DNA from: an uncultured bacterium
GTDB lineage: Bacteria; Lernaellota; Lernaellaia; Lernaellales; Lernaellaceae
Assembly: GCA_964534375.1 (NCBI GenBank)
Contig: CAZHPN010000039.1
Coordinates: forward strand, 1-37,703
Direction: 5' to 3'
Length of the DNA: 37,703 bases
In this document: in pieces, positions 1 through 8,936 of the stretch
Layout of the letters: every line of letters starts with the position of its first letter
Numbering within the stretch: position 1 is the stretch's first letter
Position numbers and translations under genes: made by a program
Notes under the pieces: model-generated
The model's input: only the letters and a program-made list of their open reading frames with translations
Told to the model about the DNA's origin: nothing
The model's database searches: none

Positions 1-9
1 GAGGGGCGG

Positions 10-178
10 GAAATTTCGGCGGGAGCCGAAATTTCCGGGGAGAGGTCTGCGCGACCAACAAAGAGCGCAATTCTGCGCCATTTGAAGCGTCGCCGCTCTT
101 CATCCTAAAGCCTATGCCGCGTCGGGGATGGGCGAGAAATTTCGGCAGCCGAAATTTCCGGGGAGGGGTCGGCGCGAC
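10..178. repeat. Two copies of a REP-like palindrome (GAAATTTCGGC-loop-GCCGAAATTTC) with a shared 3' tail
   Basis: Perfect 11-bp inverted repeats at 10-35 and 136-158. Each is followed by a near-identical tail (CGGGGAGAGGTCTGCGCGAC / CGGGGAGGGGTCGGCGCGAC). Confidence 0.7.
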
Positions 179-391
179 GAGTCGCATATGGAACCGGTAT
201 TTATGCAAGAGGCTCTTCTGACTTCTGGCTCCTGACTTCTGACGCCTGCGCCCACGCCTTGACGGCAAAAAGCCGGCGGAGTACGTAGGATTTCAACGAT
301 CGACAGTCGGGAATCTTCCATTGAGTTCGGCCCCGAGACGGCGAAGACGTGCGCTTGTCATCCCGGCGGCGGTTGGTGAAGGAGAAGCGGC

Positions 392-1939
392 ATGCGGCAA
401 TTGGCGTCCCGAAGCTCGGCGGTCCTGTTCGTGTTGCTCGTCGCCGGGGGTGTGTTGACCTTCGACTGCGCGACGGCGCCCACGCGGCACGAGCCCGCGA
501 TGGAGGAAGTCGGCCTGCCCTTGGAGGTCACGCTGGGGACGGCGCGCGAATGCCCGTCGCCGAAGATTTACCTGACCGACGCGACCGAATTGACGATCAC
601 GCCGAATTGCCCCTACGACGTGGTGGGCGTTTTCGATCGCATTTTGCCGCCCAAAGAGAAGGCCGAATACGCGCCGGACGTCGCGGCGAAGTTCGGCGGC
701 AAGACCGACTTCGACGTGGTCGTGTTCCAGCGCCCGCGCTACTTCTACTGGGTCGTGCCCAAGTCGATGGCCTGGAACCTGGACGCGCTGGCCCCCGGCG
801 ACCGCATCGCGCTCAGCGGCGTGCTGGTCGCGGCGGACACCTCGGCGCCGCCCCAGCCGGGCAAGGTCGCCGATTGGGACCTTTACTTCCGGGCGGACAA
901 CGTGCGCAAGGCGGCCGTCGAAGCCGTCGCGCCGCCGCCCCCGCCGCCGCCGCCGCCCCCGCCCCCGCCGACCGTCGCCATTACGCTGAACAAGAACCAG
1001 GCGCGGACCGCGAAGAAGGCCGTCGACGGCGCCGATATCGCGCTGACGCCGGCGCAATTGAAGTCCGTCAAACAGCAGTGGCCCGACTTTCACGGCAGGA
1101 AAGCGATCGTCGCCGCCGAGCATGTGGACCCCGCGGGCGCCGTCGCCCTGACCTTGCAGGACGGCGTGCTGATGTCGACCCGCGCCGCGGCGGCCGCGCC
1201 GGCCGGCGGCGACGAGACGACCGCCGCCGACAAGGCCGGCATGGTCCGCGCGCCCGGCGGGTCGTTTGTCATGGGCTGCGCGCCCGGCGACGCCGAATGC
1301 GCCGAAGCGGAAAAGCCGCCCCATGACGTGACGATCAACCCCTTCTGGATCGACGCGACCGCCGTGACCAACGCGGCCTACCGGCGCTGCGTGGCGGCCG
1401 GGGCCTGCCGCGCGGTGGACGAAGAGGCCTGCTACAAGCCCGTCGGCGCCGACTGGCGGCAGGGCGGCAGCCTCGAGGCGTCGTTCAAGGGCGACGGCCA
1501 GCCGGTCGTCTGCGTCGACTGGAACGACGCCCTCGCCTACTGCCGCTGGCAGGGCAAGCGGCTGCCCACCGAGGCCGAGTGGGAGTTCGCGGCGCGGGGC
1601 GGGACGGCCGGGCCGCGCTACGGCGACCTCGACGCCGTCGCCTGGTACGCCAGCAACTCGGGCGGCAAGCCGGCCGCCGTCGGCCAGAAGCGGCCCAACG
1701 CCTACGGGGTCTACGACGCCCTGGGCAACGTGTGGGAATGGTGCGCCGACTGGTATGACGACCGCTACTACGCGGCCTCGCCCACGCGCAACCCGAAGGG
1801 GCCGTCGAGCGGAACGCAGCGGGTGCTGCGCGGCGGATCCTGGAACGCCGGGTCGTCGTTCGTGCGGGCCTCGTACCGGTACAAGTTCAACCCGGCCTAT
1901 CGCTTCGTCTCCGGCGGCTTCCGCTGCGTGGCGAACTGA
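392..1939 (+). CDS. Exported protein with a C-terminal FGE-sulfatase (SUMF1/EgtB/PvdO family) domain and a poly-Pro linker
   Basis: Hydrophobic N-terminus and a long poly-Pro run. FGE-domain motifs FVMG, PVVCVDWNDA, RLPTEAEWEFAARGG, NAYGVYDALGNVWEW, RVLRGGSW, GFRC. GAAGGAG upstream of the ATG. Confidence 0.9.
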   Translation: MRQLASRSSAVLFVLLVAGGVLTFDCATAPTRHEPAMEEVGLPLEVTLGTARECPSPKIYLTDATELTITPNCPYDVVGVFDRILPPKEKAEYAPDVAAKFGGKTDFDVVVFQRPRYFYWVVPKSMAWNLDALAPGDRIALSGVLVAADTSAPPQPGKVADWDLYFRADNVRKAAVEAVAPPPPPPPPPPPPPTVAITLNKNQARTAKKAVDGADIALTPAQLKSVKQQWPDFHGRKAIVAAEHVDPAGAVALTLQDGVLMSTRAAAAAPAGGDETTAADKAGMVRAPGGSFVMGCAPGDAECAEAEKPPHDVTINPFWIDATAVTNAAYRRCVAAGACRAVDEEACYKPVGADWRQGGSLEASFKGDGQPVVCVDWNDALAYCRWQGKRLPTEAEWEFAARGGTAGPRYGDLDAVAWYASNSGGKPAAVGQKRPNAYGVYDALGNVWEWCADWYDDRYYAASPTRNPKGPSSGTQRVLRGGSWNAGSSFVRASYRYKFNPAYRFVSGGFRCVAN

Positions 1940-1943
1940 GCGG

Positions 1944-1983
1944 GAAGGCGGAAGGCAGTAGGCAGTAGGCAGAAGGCAGAAGC
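1944..1983. repeat. Short heptamer tandem repeat (AGGCAGT/AGGCAGA)
   Basis: gaaggcggaaggcagtaggcagtaggcagaaggcagaag directly after the stop codon of the FGE-domain gene. Confidence 0.7.
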
Positions 1984-2162
1984 CGACGGGCGCGAAGGGC
2001 AAATTGGCTTTGTTTCGTAATTTTGCTTAAATTGGCGCGTTGATGGCCGCCATAGATCGGCGATCGCGGCGGGAAAAATGACGTTCCCAGCCGTTCGCGG
2101 GTGATAACTTATATCAAGATAACATCTTCCGGCGACGGGAATCCAGGGACATAAACGCCCTT

Positions 2163-2244
2163 ATACGTTCGAACCTGACTCGGAGAATTTCGGCTCGGAC
2201 CTCATACGTTCGAACCTCACGCGGAGAATTTCGGCTCGGACCTC
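2163..2244. repeat. 41-bp direct tandem repeat, 2 copies
   Basis: ATACGTTCGAACCTGACTCGGAGAATTTCGGCTCGGACCTC (2163-2203) and ATACGTTCGAACCTCACGCGGAGAATTTCGGCTCGGACCTC (2204-2244), with 2 mismatches. Confidence 0.9.
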
Positions 2245-2393
2245 ACACCCCTCGACTGCGCTCGGGACAGGCTCCGACGCCGCAAAGACGGACAGAGATC
2301 TAATGACTCCGCCGCCGGTCCGCGGAAATCTGTGAAATCTGCACTACTAATCTGTGGATTGTCCGGTCCCCGGAACCCGGAACCTGAACCTGC

Positions 2394-4448
2394 CTACGTC
2401 ATCCCCATCGCCATGATCGCCGCTTTCGTGGGCGAATCATAAAACTGCCATTGGATCGCCGTGAGGATCGCGTCGGGAACGTCGGCGAGGTCGCGCTTGT
2501 TCTCGCTGGGAATCAAAATTCGCTTAGCGCCGGCTTCCACGGCGAGCTGCATGCGCTCGGGAAGCGAGGAGACCTTGAGCAGCATGCCCTGCACGCTCAT
2601 CTCCCCGAGCACAACCGTTCGGTCGAGAACCGGCTTTTCCAGAACGGCGGAGACAAGCGAGATGAAGAACGCGACAGCCGTTTCCGCCCCCTCTTTCGCC
2701 TGATTCAGATTGATCGCTTGGACCGTGAAATCGTAGGCCTTGAGGTCGTGGTCGATCCCCAGGTTCTTGATGTTCGCTTTCAAGTAGGCATCGGCCGTCT
2801 TTATTGCTTCCTTCATTTTGCTGGATAAGTTGCCCAACGGTATGATGCGGCCTGAGCCCCGGTTCATTTGCGTCTGAAGCAGGAACAATGCGAGGCGATA
2901 TTCGCTCACATCGCTGCCGACAGTATAGATGCTTCCCGGGGGGAGGCCGCCCTCGGTGATGATCGTGGCGCCTCCCATCTCCGGCAGTCTCACGAACGTC
3001 TCTTGGCCGCTTTCCCTGTCGATATACGAGAAGCTGGTGTCCCAATACTCGAGCCCGCCCATTTTCTTGAGCTGCTCCTTCACGCGTCGGCGCATTTCCA
3101 TGGCGTACGCGAGATACTCCTCCAGTTCCTCTTTCGACACTTCGCCGTCGGGGTTGAGCAACTTGATCAGGCCGGAGACCGTCTTGCGAACCGCCTTTTG
3201 GTCTCGCCCGCCGAGGTGCGGGCCGAATTTGAAATGGCGTTCGGCGAAATCGGCGTAGCCGCTCTTGCGGAATTCGCGAAACACCTCGGCGAGGTAGTCG
3301 GTAACGAGGCCGAAATGGTCGGTGTAAGCTGCGTCCGAGGTTTTCTGAAACTCCCACCCGGGCACATAGGCGTGGATGCGGTCGTAGAAAGCCGTGTCCA
3401 TTTCTTTCGGCAGCGGGTAGAATAGATGGGACGTGCGAACGATCGTTTCGATGTCGCCGTCGATGTTGCCGACGAACACCACCGAACCCTCGGCGGTGAT
3501 GATGTCCCTGCCGCGGCTGAAGGCGCCGTCCTCCATGTAGCCCTTCATGATGTTGATGCCGTTCTTGTCGGTGAAATGAATGCCGGCGGCTTCGTCAAAG
3601 GCGACAACGTCCCACAGGGCGACGAGTCCCCGCTGCCCGGTGCTGAGGTTCACGAACATCTGCGCCGTCGTCGTCTGGCCGCCGGAAATGAGGTGCGAAT
3701 ACGGGCTGATCTGCTGGTAGACAAAGCTCTTGCCGGTTCCCCGCGGACCCAACTCGATGGAGTTGAAGTTCTTTTCCACCAGCGGCAACAGCCGCAGCAT
3801 GTAATGAAACTTGCGCCTTTTTGTGTAATACGGATGGTTCGGCTCGTAACCCATCGAGCGCATGATCAGGTCGAGCCACTGCTCGCGGCTGAAACGCCGC
3901 CGGGCCTCGACGAAGCGATCGACGTTTCGGGTGGAAAGCTGGATCGGCCGCAGGCTTTCGACGACGAAGGGGCGATTTTGACCTTTGAAAACGAAGGAGT
4001 CATCGTAGCGGAGCGTGATCTCCGCCCAGATCCCACCCATCAACAGGCGGTCGTGGGCGCGAATTTCTTTCTCGTCGATATTGATGTAGTCGAGGTCGAG
4101 ATTGGCAAGACGCGCCCAGTATTTGTCGTGGGTTTCGACCAGGCGCACCGAAATCTTGTCGATAATCTCGTAGGTCGTATGCTGTTTGATGGCCGACTTC
4201 ACCGCTTCGCGTTCGTCGGGTTTGACATATTTGCTGGCCAGCGTTTCCCTGACGAATTCCAAGCCTTCGCGGATGGCCTCGTCGTCGGTGGACGCGCAAT
4301 ATTTGCCGAGCAGGAACTCGATCACAAACGCCGGCACGCCGAAGACGCTGCGCATGCGGCGCAGGAGGTCTTTGCGGACCACCAGGCCCGGAAAAACCTC
4401 GTTGGCCAGTCGATCCAGTTCATCGAGTTCGAACGGCTGCTCGTTCAT
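2394..4448 (-). CDS. brxL: BREX AAA+/Lon-like protein BrxL
   Basis: 684 aa. N-terminal FPGLVVRKDL and VPAFVIEFLLGKYCA, Walker A ELGPRGTGKS, Walker B VAFDE, C-terminal Lon-like domain (VVLGEMSVQG, GAKRILIP). Last gene of the BREX operon, after pglZ. Confidence 0.93.
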   Translation of the reverse strand: MNEQPFELDELDRLANEVFPGLVVRKDLLRRMRSVFGVPAFVIEFLLGKYCASTDDEAIREGLEFVRETLASKYVKPDEREAVKSAIKQHTTYEIIDKISVRLVETHDKYWARLANLDLDYINIDEKEIRAHDRLLMGGIWAEITLRYDDSFVFKGQNRPFVVESLRPIQLSTRNVDRFVEARRRFSREQWLDLIMRSMGYEPNHPYYTKRRKFHYMLRLLPLVEKNFNSIELGPRGTGKSFVYQQISPYSHLISGGQTTTAQMFVNLSTGQRGLVALWDVVAFDEAAGIHFTDKNGINIMKGYMEDGAFSRGRDIITAEGSVVFVGNIDGDIETIVRTSHLFYPLPKEMDTAFYDRIHAYVPGWEFQKTSDAAYTDHFGLVTDYLAEVFREFRKSGYADFAERHFKFGPHLGGRDQKAVRKTVSGLIKLLNPDGEVSKEELEEYLAYAMEMRRRVKEQLKKMGGLEYWDTSFSYIDRESGQETFVRLPEMGGATIITEGGLPPGSIYTVGSDVSEYRLALFLLQTQMNRGSGRIIPLGNLSSKMKEAIKTADAYLKANIKNLGIDHDLKAYDFTVQAINLNQAKEGAETAVAFFISLVSAVLEKPVLDRTVVLGEMSVQGMLLKVSSLPERMQLAVEAGAKRILIPSENKRDLADVPDAILTAIQWQFYDSPTKAAIMAMGMT

Positions 4449-4455
4449 GCCCGCC

Positions 4456-7038
4456 TCACATGTCTCGACCGACCGTCAGCGTGATGCCGCCTGCGGGAAA
4501 TTGCTCCAAAGTCTCAACGTCGCGGATGTCGAGTTCGAGCAGTTCCCCTTTCGCAAAAGACGCCGCCGAGTGGAAAAAAAGTTTCACAACCTGTTCCCTG
4601 TTTTTGCCATCCAGACGCACTTCCTTCGGCTTGCCCGCCAGCACGGACCTGAGTTCGCCGTCGGCATCTTTGCGCCGCACATCCAGGGACAAATTGCGGC
4701 CCATTTCCGCAAAGAGACCGAGTTGGGTTCCCGTTTCGGTTGCCGTCGAAACCGGACTGAGGACAACTTTGACCGCCGTTTGCATCAGCTCAAGAGCCGG
4801 CAGCACAACCTCGACGCCGATCCGCTTTGCCTTGGCGGCATGGCCGCGTGAAACGAGATGCGGAATAATTAGTTCCTGAAGAGAAGCGCCGCCGTGTGAG
4901 AAAGATTTTTCGCACTTGAAGAACGCCAGCCCCGGCGGGACAGCGACGAAATATCTCGCATCCCAGGCGAACGGAAAGCGCGCCAACGGGATATCCGCCT
5001 CGGCGGAAACCAGGGCGAAGCGTTCCTTCAACACGAGGCGCCATTCCTTCGGGAAGGGAACCTCGCTCGGCAGCCTGGCTTCGTCGAGCAAGATGAAACC
5101 GTGATCCGTGACGACATGAACTCGCGGATAGCCCCACCGGTGCAGATTACGGATGAGCCGGCCGAGCCGGTCGATTTCGGGCTGCACGTGGCGGGTTAGA
5201 GCGCCTGCGTTGCCGTGTCCGATATGATCCACATCGTCGTGGCCGAAAACGACCAGTAGCTCGCCGAGTCCGTCCGGCGCTTCGGGCGCCGCTTCCACCT
5301 CGGAAATCTCTCGGCAGTCGGCGCCGAAAGCTCGGAGCAAGGCGATTCGGTTGTCTCTGACAAAGGTGTCCTTGCCGTTGACGAGCGGATGGATGGAATT
5401 GTCTTTGAGATCGACCGCGATCGTGGCGCCGGCAAGCGGCAGCAGCGCCGTCATGCCGATGGCGGTGACCGTGGGCAAGACCGCGAGCAGCGGCTCGACC
5501 TCGACCGCATGACCGCGCAGCAATTCTTTGATCGCCAGGGCGCAATCGTAACGGAGCGCGTCGACGATCACGACGGCCCGCCGGCCGCTCGCCTGCCAGA
5601 TTGCGCGCTCCAAATGGGGCGTGACATCCGGAATCCCGGGAATTTCCAGTCGGCCCGATTCCGCGAGCCGTTTGAAGAAAGAGTCGTTGAGCGCCGTCGC
5701 GTAGTCGGCGTACGCCCGGTCCGCCGCCTTTGCCACGGACGGCAACGTTTGTTCATCGGCTCGTTGGCGGAGGTCAAGGTGACGGCCCTCGATGGCGCCG
5801 GCATTTTCCACATACTTCCCGGCGAGCGCTTCGGTCGTAATCGCCCATTCAAGTTTTCGCTCGGCTTCGGCGCACACCCGGACGAAGGCGCCAAGATCGC
5901 GGAGGAGATCCCACGCCCCCACCGGCGCGGGGCTTGCCTTGGCAAACTCGGCTTCGCGCGCCAGGAGTTCGCCGTAGATTTTGAAGTACTCTTCCACGGC
6001 CGATTTCCTGGGCGCGGCCTTCTCAAAGTCCGAAATCACCTGGCCCCAGCGCAGCCGAACCAGGTGCGGGAACCCGAATGAAATCCCCGGCCGGCCCCGC
6101 GCCCACGACGTGAGATCGATCTCGGTTTCGACGGCGGCAATCCAGCGATCCCAGGCCTGGCGGTATTCGGAATCCCGGAGCCATCGTTGCAGCAGGTGAC
6201 TGTGCTGCGACCGCAGCGCCAAAGGCGGCAAGCGATCCGCAAACGGAAAATCGGCCGGTTCTCGATAGCCGAGGAACGTTTCGGTCAGGGCCAGCGTCGC
6301 GACCAAATCCAGAATCCATTCGGCCGGCGCCCGCACGGGCTGGTCGTAGCCGTAGCGTTCGCGCACCATATCCAGGAACTCGCGGTCCAGAGCGCTCTCT
6401 TGCAGCTTCGCCCACTCTTCATCCGGCTCCATCGCCAGATCGAGAATCGTTTGCTCGACATCGCCGATCAGCAACAACTGGGCCGACTCGGCCGTAAGCG
6501 AGCGCGCCCAGAACACCGGGGGGCGGTCGGCGAACTTGGCGACGTATTTGGCCAGCAGTGAGTCGCGCCCGCCGTCGTAAAGACGGCGCTGCTCGGCCGG
6601 ATTGTCCGGCAGCGGCACATCGGCCTGACGCAGCAGGCTGAAGAGCGTCGGGCGCTTGCCGCCGAGGCGCCAGATCACCCCGGCGGTCCGGTATTCCTCC
6701 AGGAAGTCGAGGCGCGGGCGCCCGTCGCCGTCCGGATGGTCGAGTCGGTCCTCGGACATCGGCAGGTACAGCACGAAGCGCAACCCGTCGCGGTCGCTCG
6801 GCGGCGACTGGGCGGCCAGCGTATGCACCCGATGCTTCAACCAAATCTGGCCTCGCAACTTTTCTTCGTCATACGCCAGAAGAACGAACGGCGGCCGCGG
6901 CATCCCCGCCAAGTGGGCTTGCAACGCGGGCAGCAGCCGCGCGAATTCCTGCTTCTCGTCGAACCAGAGGCACACCTGGGCGCGTTTCTCGTGCTGAAAA
7001 CGCTGCTCGAGCTGGCTCACCAGGCATTCCAGAATCAT
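4456..7038 (-). CDS. pglZ: BREX alkaline-phosphatase-fold protein PglZ
   Basis: 860 aa. PglZ motifs IVDALRYD, LPTVTAIGM, VVTDHGF, FSHGGASLQE. Start overlaps the upstream stop (ATGA at 7035-7038). Confidence 0.93.
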   Translation of the reverse strand: MILECLVSQLEQRFQHEKRAQVCLWFDEKQEFARLLPALQAHLAGMPRPPFVLLAYDEEKLRGQIWLKHRVHTLAAQSPPSDRDGLRFVLYLPMSEDRLDHPDGDGRPRLDFLEEYRTAGVIWRLGGKRPTLFSLLRQADVPLPDNPAEQRRLYDGGRDSLLAKYVAKFADRPPVFWARSLTAESAQLLLIGDVEQTILDLAMEPDEEWAKLQESALDREFLDMVRERYGYDQPVRAPAEWILDLVATLALTETFLGYREPADFPFADRLPPLALRSQHSHLLQRWLRDSEYRQAWDRWIAAVETEIDLTSWARGRPGISFGFPHLVRLRWGQVISDFEKAAPRKSAVEEYFKIYGELLAREAEFAKASPAPVGAWDLLRDLGAFVRVCAEAERKLEWAITTEALAGKYVENAGAIEGRHLDLRQRADEQTLPSVAKAADRAYADYATALNDSFFKRLAESGRLEIPGIPDVTPHLERAIWQASGRRAVVIVDALRYDCALAIKELLRGHAVEVEPLLAVLPTVTAIGMTALLPLAGATIAVDLKDNSIHPLVNGKDTFVRDNRIALLRAFGADCREISEVEAAPEAPDGLGELLVVFGHDDVDHIGHGNAGALTRHVQPEIDRLGRLIRNLHRWGYPRVHVVTDHGFILLDEARLPSEVPFPKEWRLVLKERFALVSAEADIPLARFPFAWDARYFVAVPPGLAFFKCEKSFSHGGASLQELIIPHLVSRGHAAKAKRIGVEVVLPALELMQTAVKVVLSPVSTATETGTQLGLFAEMGRNLSLDVRRKDADGELRSVLAGKPKEVRLDGKNREQVVKLFFHSAASFAKGELLELDIRDVETLEQFPAGGITLTVGRDM

Positions 7039-8936
7039 CGGACCACCTTCGCCACGCGCAACGCTCCGGCTTTCTCCCAGGGTTCGATGTTGACCTTGAC
7101 GCCGTCATCGAGGTCCGGGTCCCACCCCTTCGGCAGCTCCTCCGCCTTTTTCCAAGGGGTCAGGATTCGGAAATCGTCCTCGCCGCCCTCTTCGCCTTCG
7201 CGGCGACCTTCCTGGATCGCCTGAAGCTTGCGTTCCAGCGCGTGCGTTTCTTCGATCCTGGTCTGAAAATCCAGCCGGTCGTCGGTGCGCCCGGCCTTGT
7301 CGGCAAGCGCCGCCTCGCGCCGGAAATTCTCGATGGCGTCGCGCAGATAAGTCGACCGCAGCTTCGCGAGCCGATTCTTGTCAAAGCGGTGGTAATGGAC
7401 GAGTACGCCGAAAGCCGCCGGCGCCGTACCTTGCGCCGACGCGATGTGCCAAAAGATCGGCCGCCGCTTGTAGAGCGAGCAATGGTATTCGAAGTAGGCG
7501 TTTTCGAGCCATTCCTCGAGGCTGCTGCACCGGCGATAGCCTTTCACGTTTTGTTTCAATTCGTTGACGATTTCCACCTCAACTTGATTGGCGTCCCGAT
7601 CGGGAAAGAACTCCGCCAATTCACCCCTGACCCGATCGACAAGGCGTGGCTCGTTGTTAATCGGGTCGAAGGGAACCATGCCGTCATCAGCGGCTTCGAC
7701 GACGCGTTTCACCGCATAGGAGAGCAGCCGCCAGATATGCTCCATGCGTTTCTGTTCAAGCGATTTCCCAGCAAGAACTGACCACAGTATCTCCCTTGGG
7801 CGATCTCCGACTGCTTCTTTGACGACGCCCCGCATGTGGTCATTCAACCCATATAGGCTAAACACGTGGTCCTCAATTTCAGCAAATTTTTCGCATATCT
7901 CGATCTCTGTCTCCCTTTCGCGCCGTGCAAGCGTGTCCAAACGCTCACCAATTGTTGGCGTGGCACTGTTGCCCAAATATTGCCGATCAACGATCCAGGC
8001 CGATTTGAAGTGTGTAGATACCTCATTCCCGTCGTCCCAGTTCATCTTAGAGTCATAAATCGAACGTGCGCGTTCAGACAAAAGTCTTTGTTGCTCGGTA
8101 CGGGTGGCCGGGATAGGAATCCCCTTAATCACGTGTAGTTCCCAACGAGCCCCCATCTCTTTTCGAGATAGCCTCGCTCTCATTATGTACTCAGCGACCG
8201 TTGAATTGGCGACTGCAGAAACAAACCACAAATCGTCGGCGTTATTCAAAAGAACGGCTGGACCTTTATCGGAAAATACGCAGTCTGGCGGCAAATACCG
8301 CATACTAAATTCACCACCAGCACGCGGCCAAGTGAGTCCCTCGCGAAAATATAACGTGCTGTCGCGGAGACGGTGAAATGCTCGCTGCGCCTCAGGCGAC
8401 CAGTCGATCACAAGATTGGCATCGAAGTAAAAACGGCTGAAAGCCCCGCCCTTGTGGAGTGTTTTCCAAGGGCGAATGTCCCGTGTCGGTGACACCTCCC
8501 AATGATATCGAAGGAAAGGTTCATCGGGCCTAATGATGACACCTTGAACAACCGTCGCAACGGAGCCCAAAGCTGGGGCATTACTCGTAAGAGAAGCGAC
8601 CAGTGCGACGCGATCATATGCGAAGGGAGAACTCTCTAACGCTGCGAAATCCCTCAAGGGGACATCATATCGAACCTTATCTATCTGCCCGCGTAGGGCC
8701 TTTACAAACACTGCTTCGCGATCGGCCGCCACACCAGCGATTGAAGGCAGTGACTGTAGATCGAAGAAAGCGGCGCGTTCCACCTCGGTGACAACGTAAT
8801 ATGCATGATCCGCTTGTTCGTATGTTGTTTCGATGCCTTCCCGCGCTTGGGTCGCCTGAATAGTTGACACCATGAGCTTTCGTCTCAAGTCGGCGTCAGC
8901 GAGGATATCCTTTACTTTAATGCGTTTACTTCCCAT
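7035..8936 (-). CDS. pglX: PglX C-terminal half (target-recognition + C-terminal domain) with an N-terminal putative Fic-antitoxin segment
   Basis: 633 aa. From about residue 55 it shows PglX TRD-type motifs (SPFAY, FLRYHWEV, KGG..SRFY, YFREGLTW, RYLP..VFSDKG, ANS). The tail matches PglX C-termini (YKRRPIFWH, DLDDGVKVNIEP). No SAM-binding or NPPY motif. Residues 29-34 are TQAREG. GGAGA RBS upstream; start overlaps the Fic gene end by 11 bp. Confidence 0.85.
   Translation of the reverse strand: MGSKRIKVKDILADADLRRKLMVSTIQATQAREGIETTYEQADHAYYVVTEVERAAFFDLQSLPSIAGVAADREAVFVKALRGQIDKVRYDVPLRDFAALESSPFAYDRVALVASLTSNAPALGSVATVVQGVIIRPDEPFLRYHWEVSPTRDIRPWKTLHKGGAFSRFYFDANLVIDWSPEAQRAFHRLRDSTLYFREGLTWPRAGGEFSMRYLPPDCVFSDKGPAVLLNNADDLWFVSAVANSTVAEYIMRARLSRKEMGARWELHVIKGIPIPATRTEQQRLLSERARSIYDSKMNWDDGNEVSTHFKSAWIVDRQYLGNSATPTIGERLDTLARRERETEIEICEKFAEIEDHVFSLYGLNDHMRGVVKEAVGDRPREILWSVLAGKSLEQKRMEHIWRLLSYAVKRVVEAADDGMVPFDPINNEPRLVDRVRGELAEFFPDRDANQVEVEIVNELKQNVKGYRRCSSLEEWLENAYFEYHCSLYKRRPIFWHIASAQGTAPAAFGVLVHYHRFDKNRLAKLRSTYLRDAIENFRREAALADKAGRTDDRLDFQTRIEETHALERKLQAIQEGRREGEEGGEDDFRILTPWKKAEELPKGWDPDLDDGVKVNIEPWEKAGALRVAKVVR

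Noticed and set aside
293..2002. 569-aa minus-strand ORF and similar long antisense ORFs (10257-11846, 21524-23353, 23499-25574, 29250-31604, 30715-33348)
   Set aside because: Shadow ORFs expected in high-GC DNA. They overlap motif-supported genes on the other strand and have Arg/Ala/Gly-rich composition without recognisable domains.
2163..2244. Possible CRISPR array or tRNA fragment (contains GTTCGAA)
   Set aside because: Only two abutting copies with no spacer and no cas genes. No cloverleaf can be formed around the T-loop-like word.
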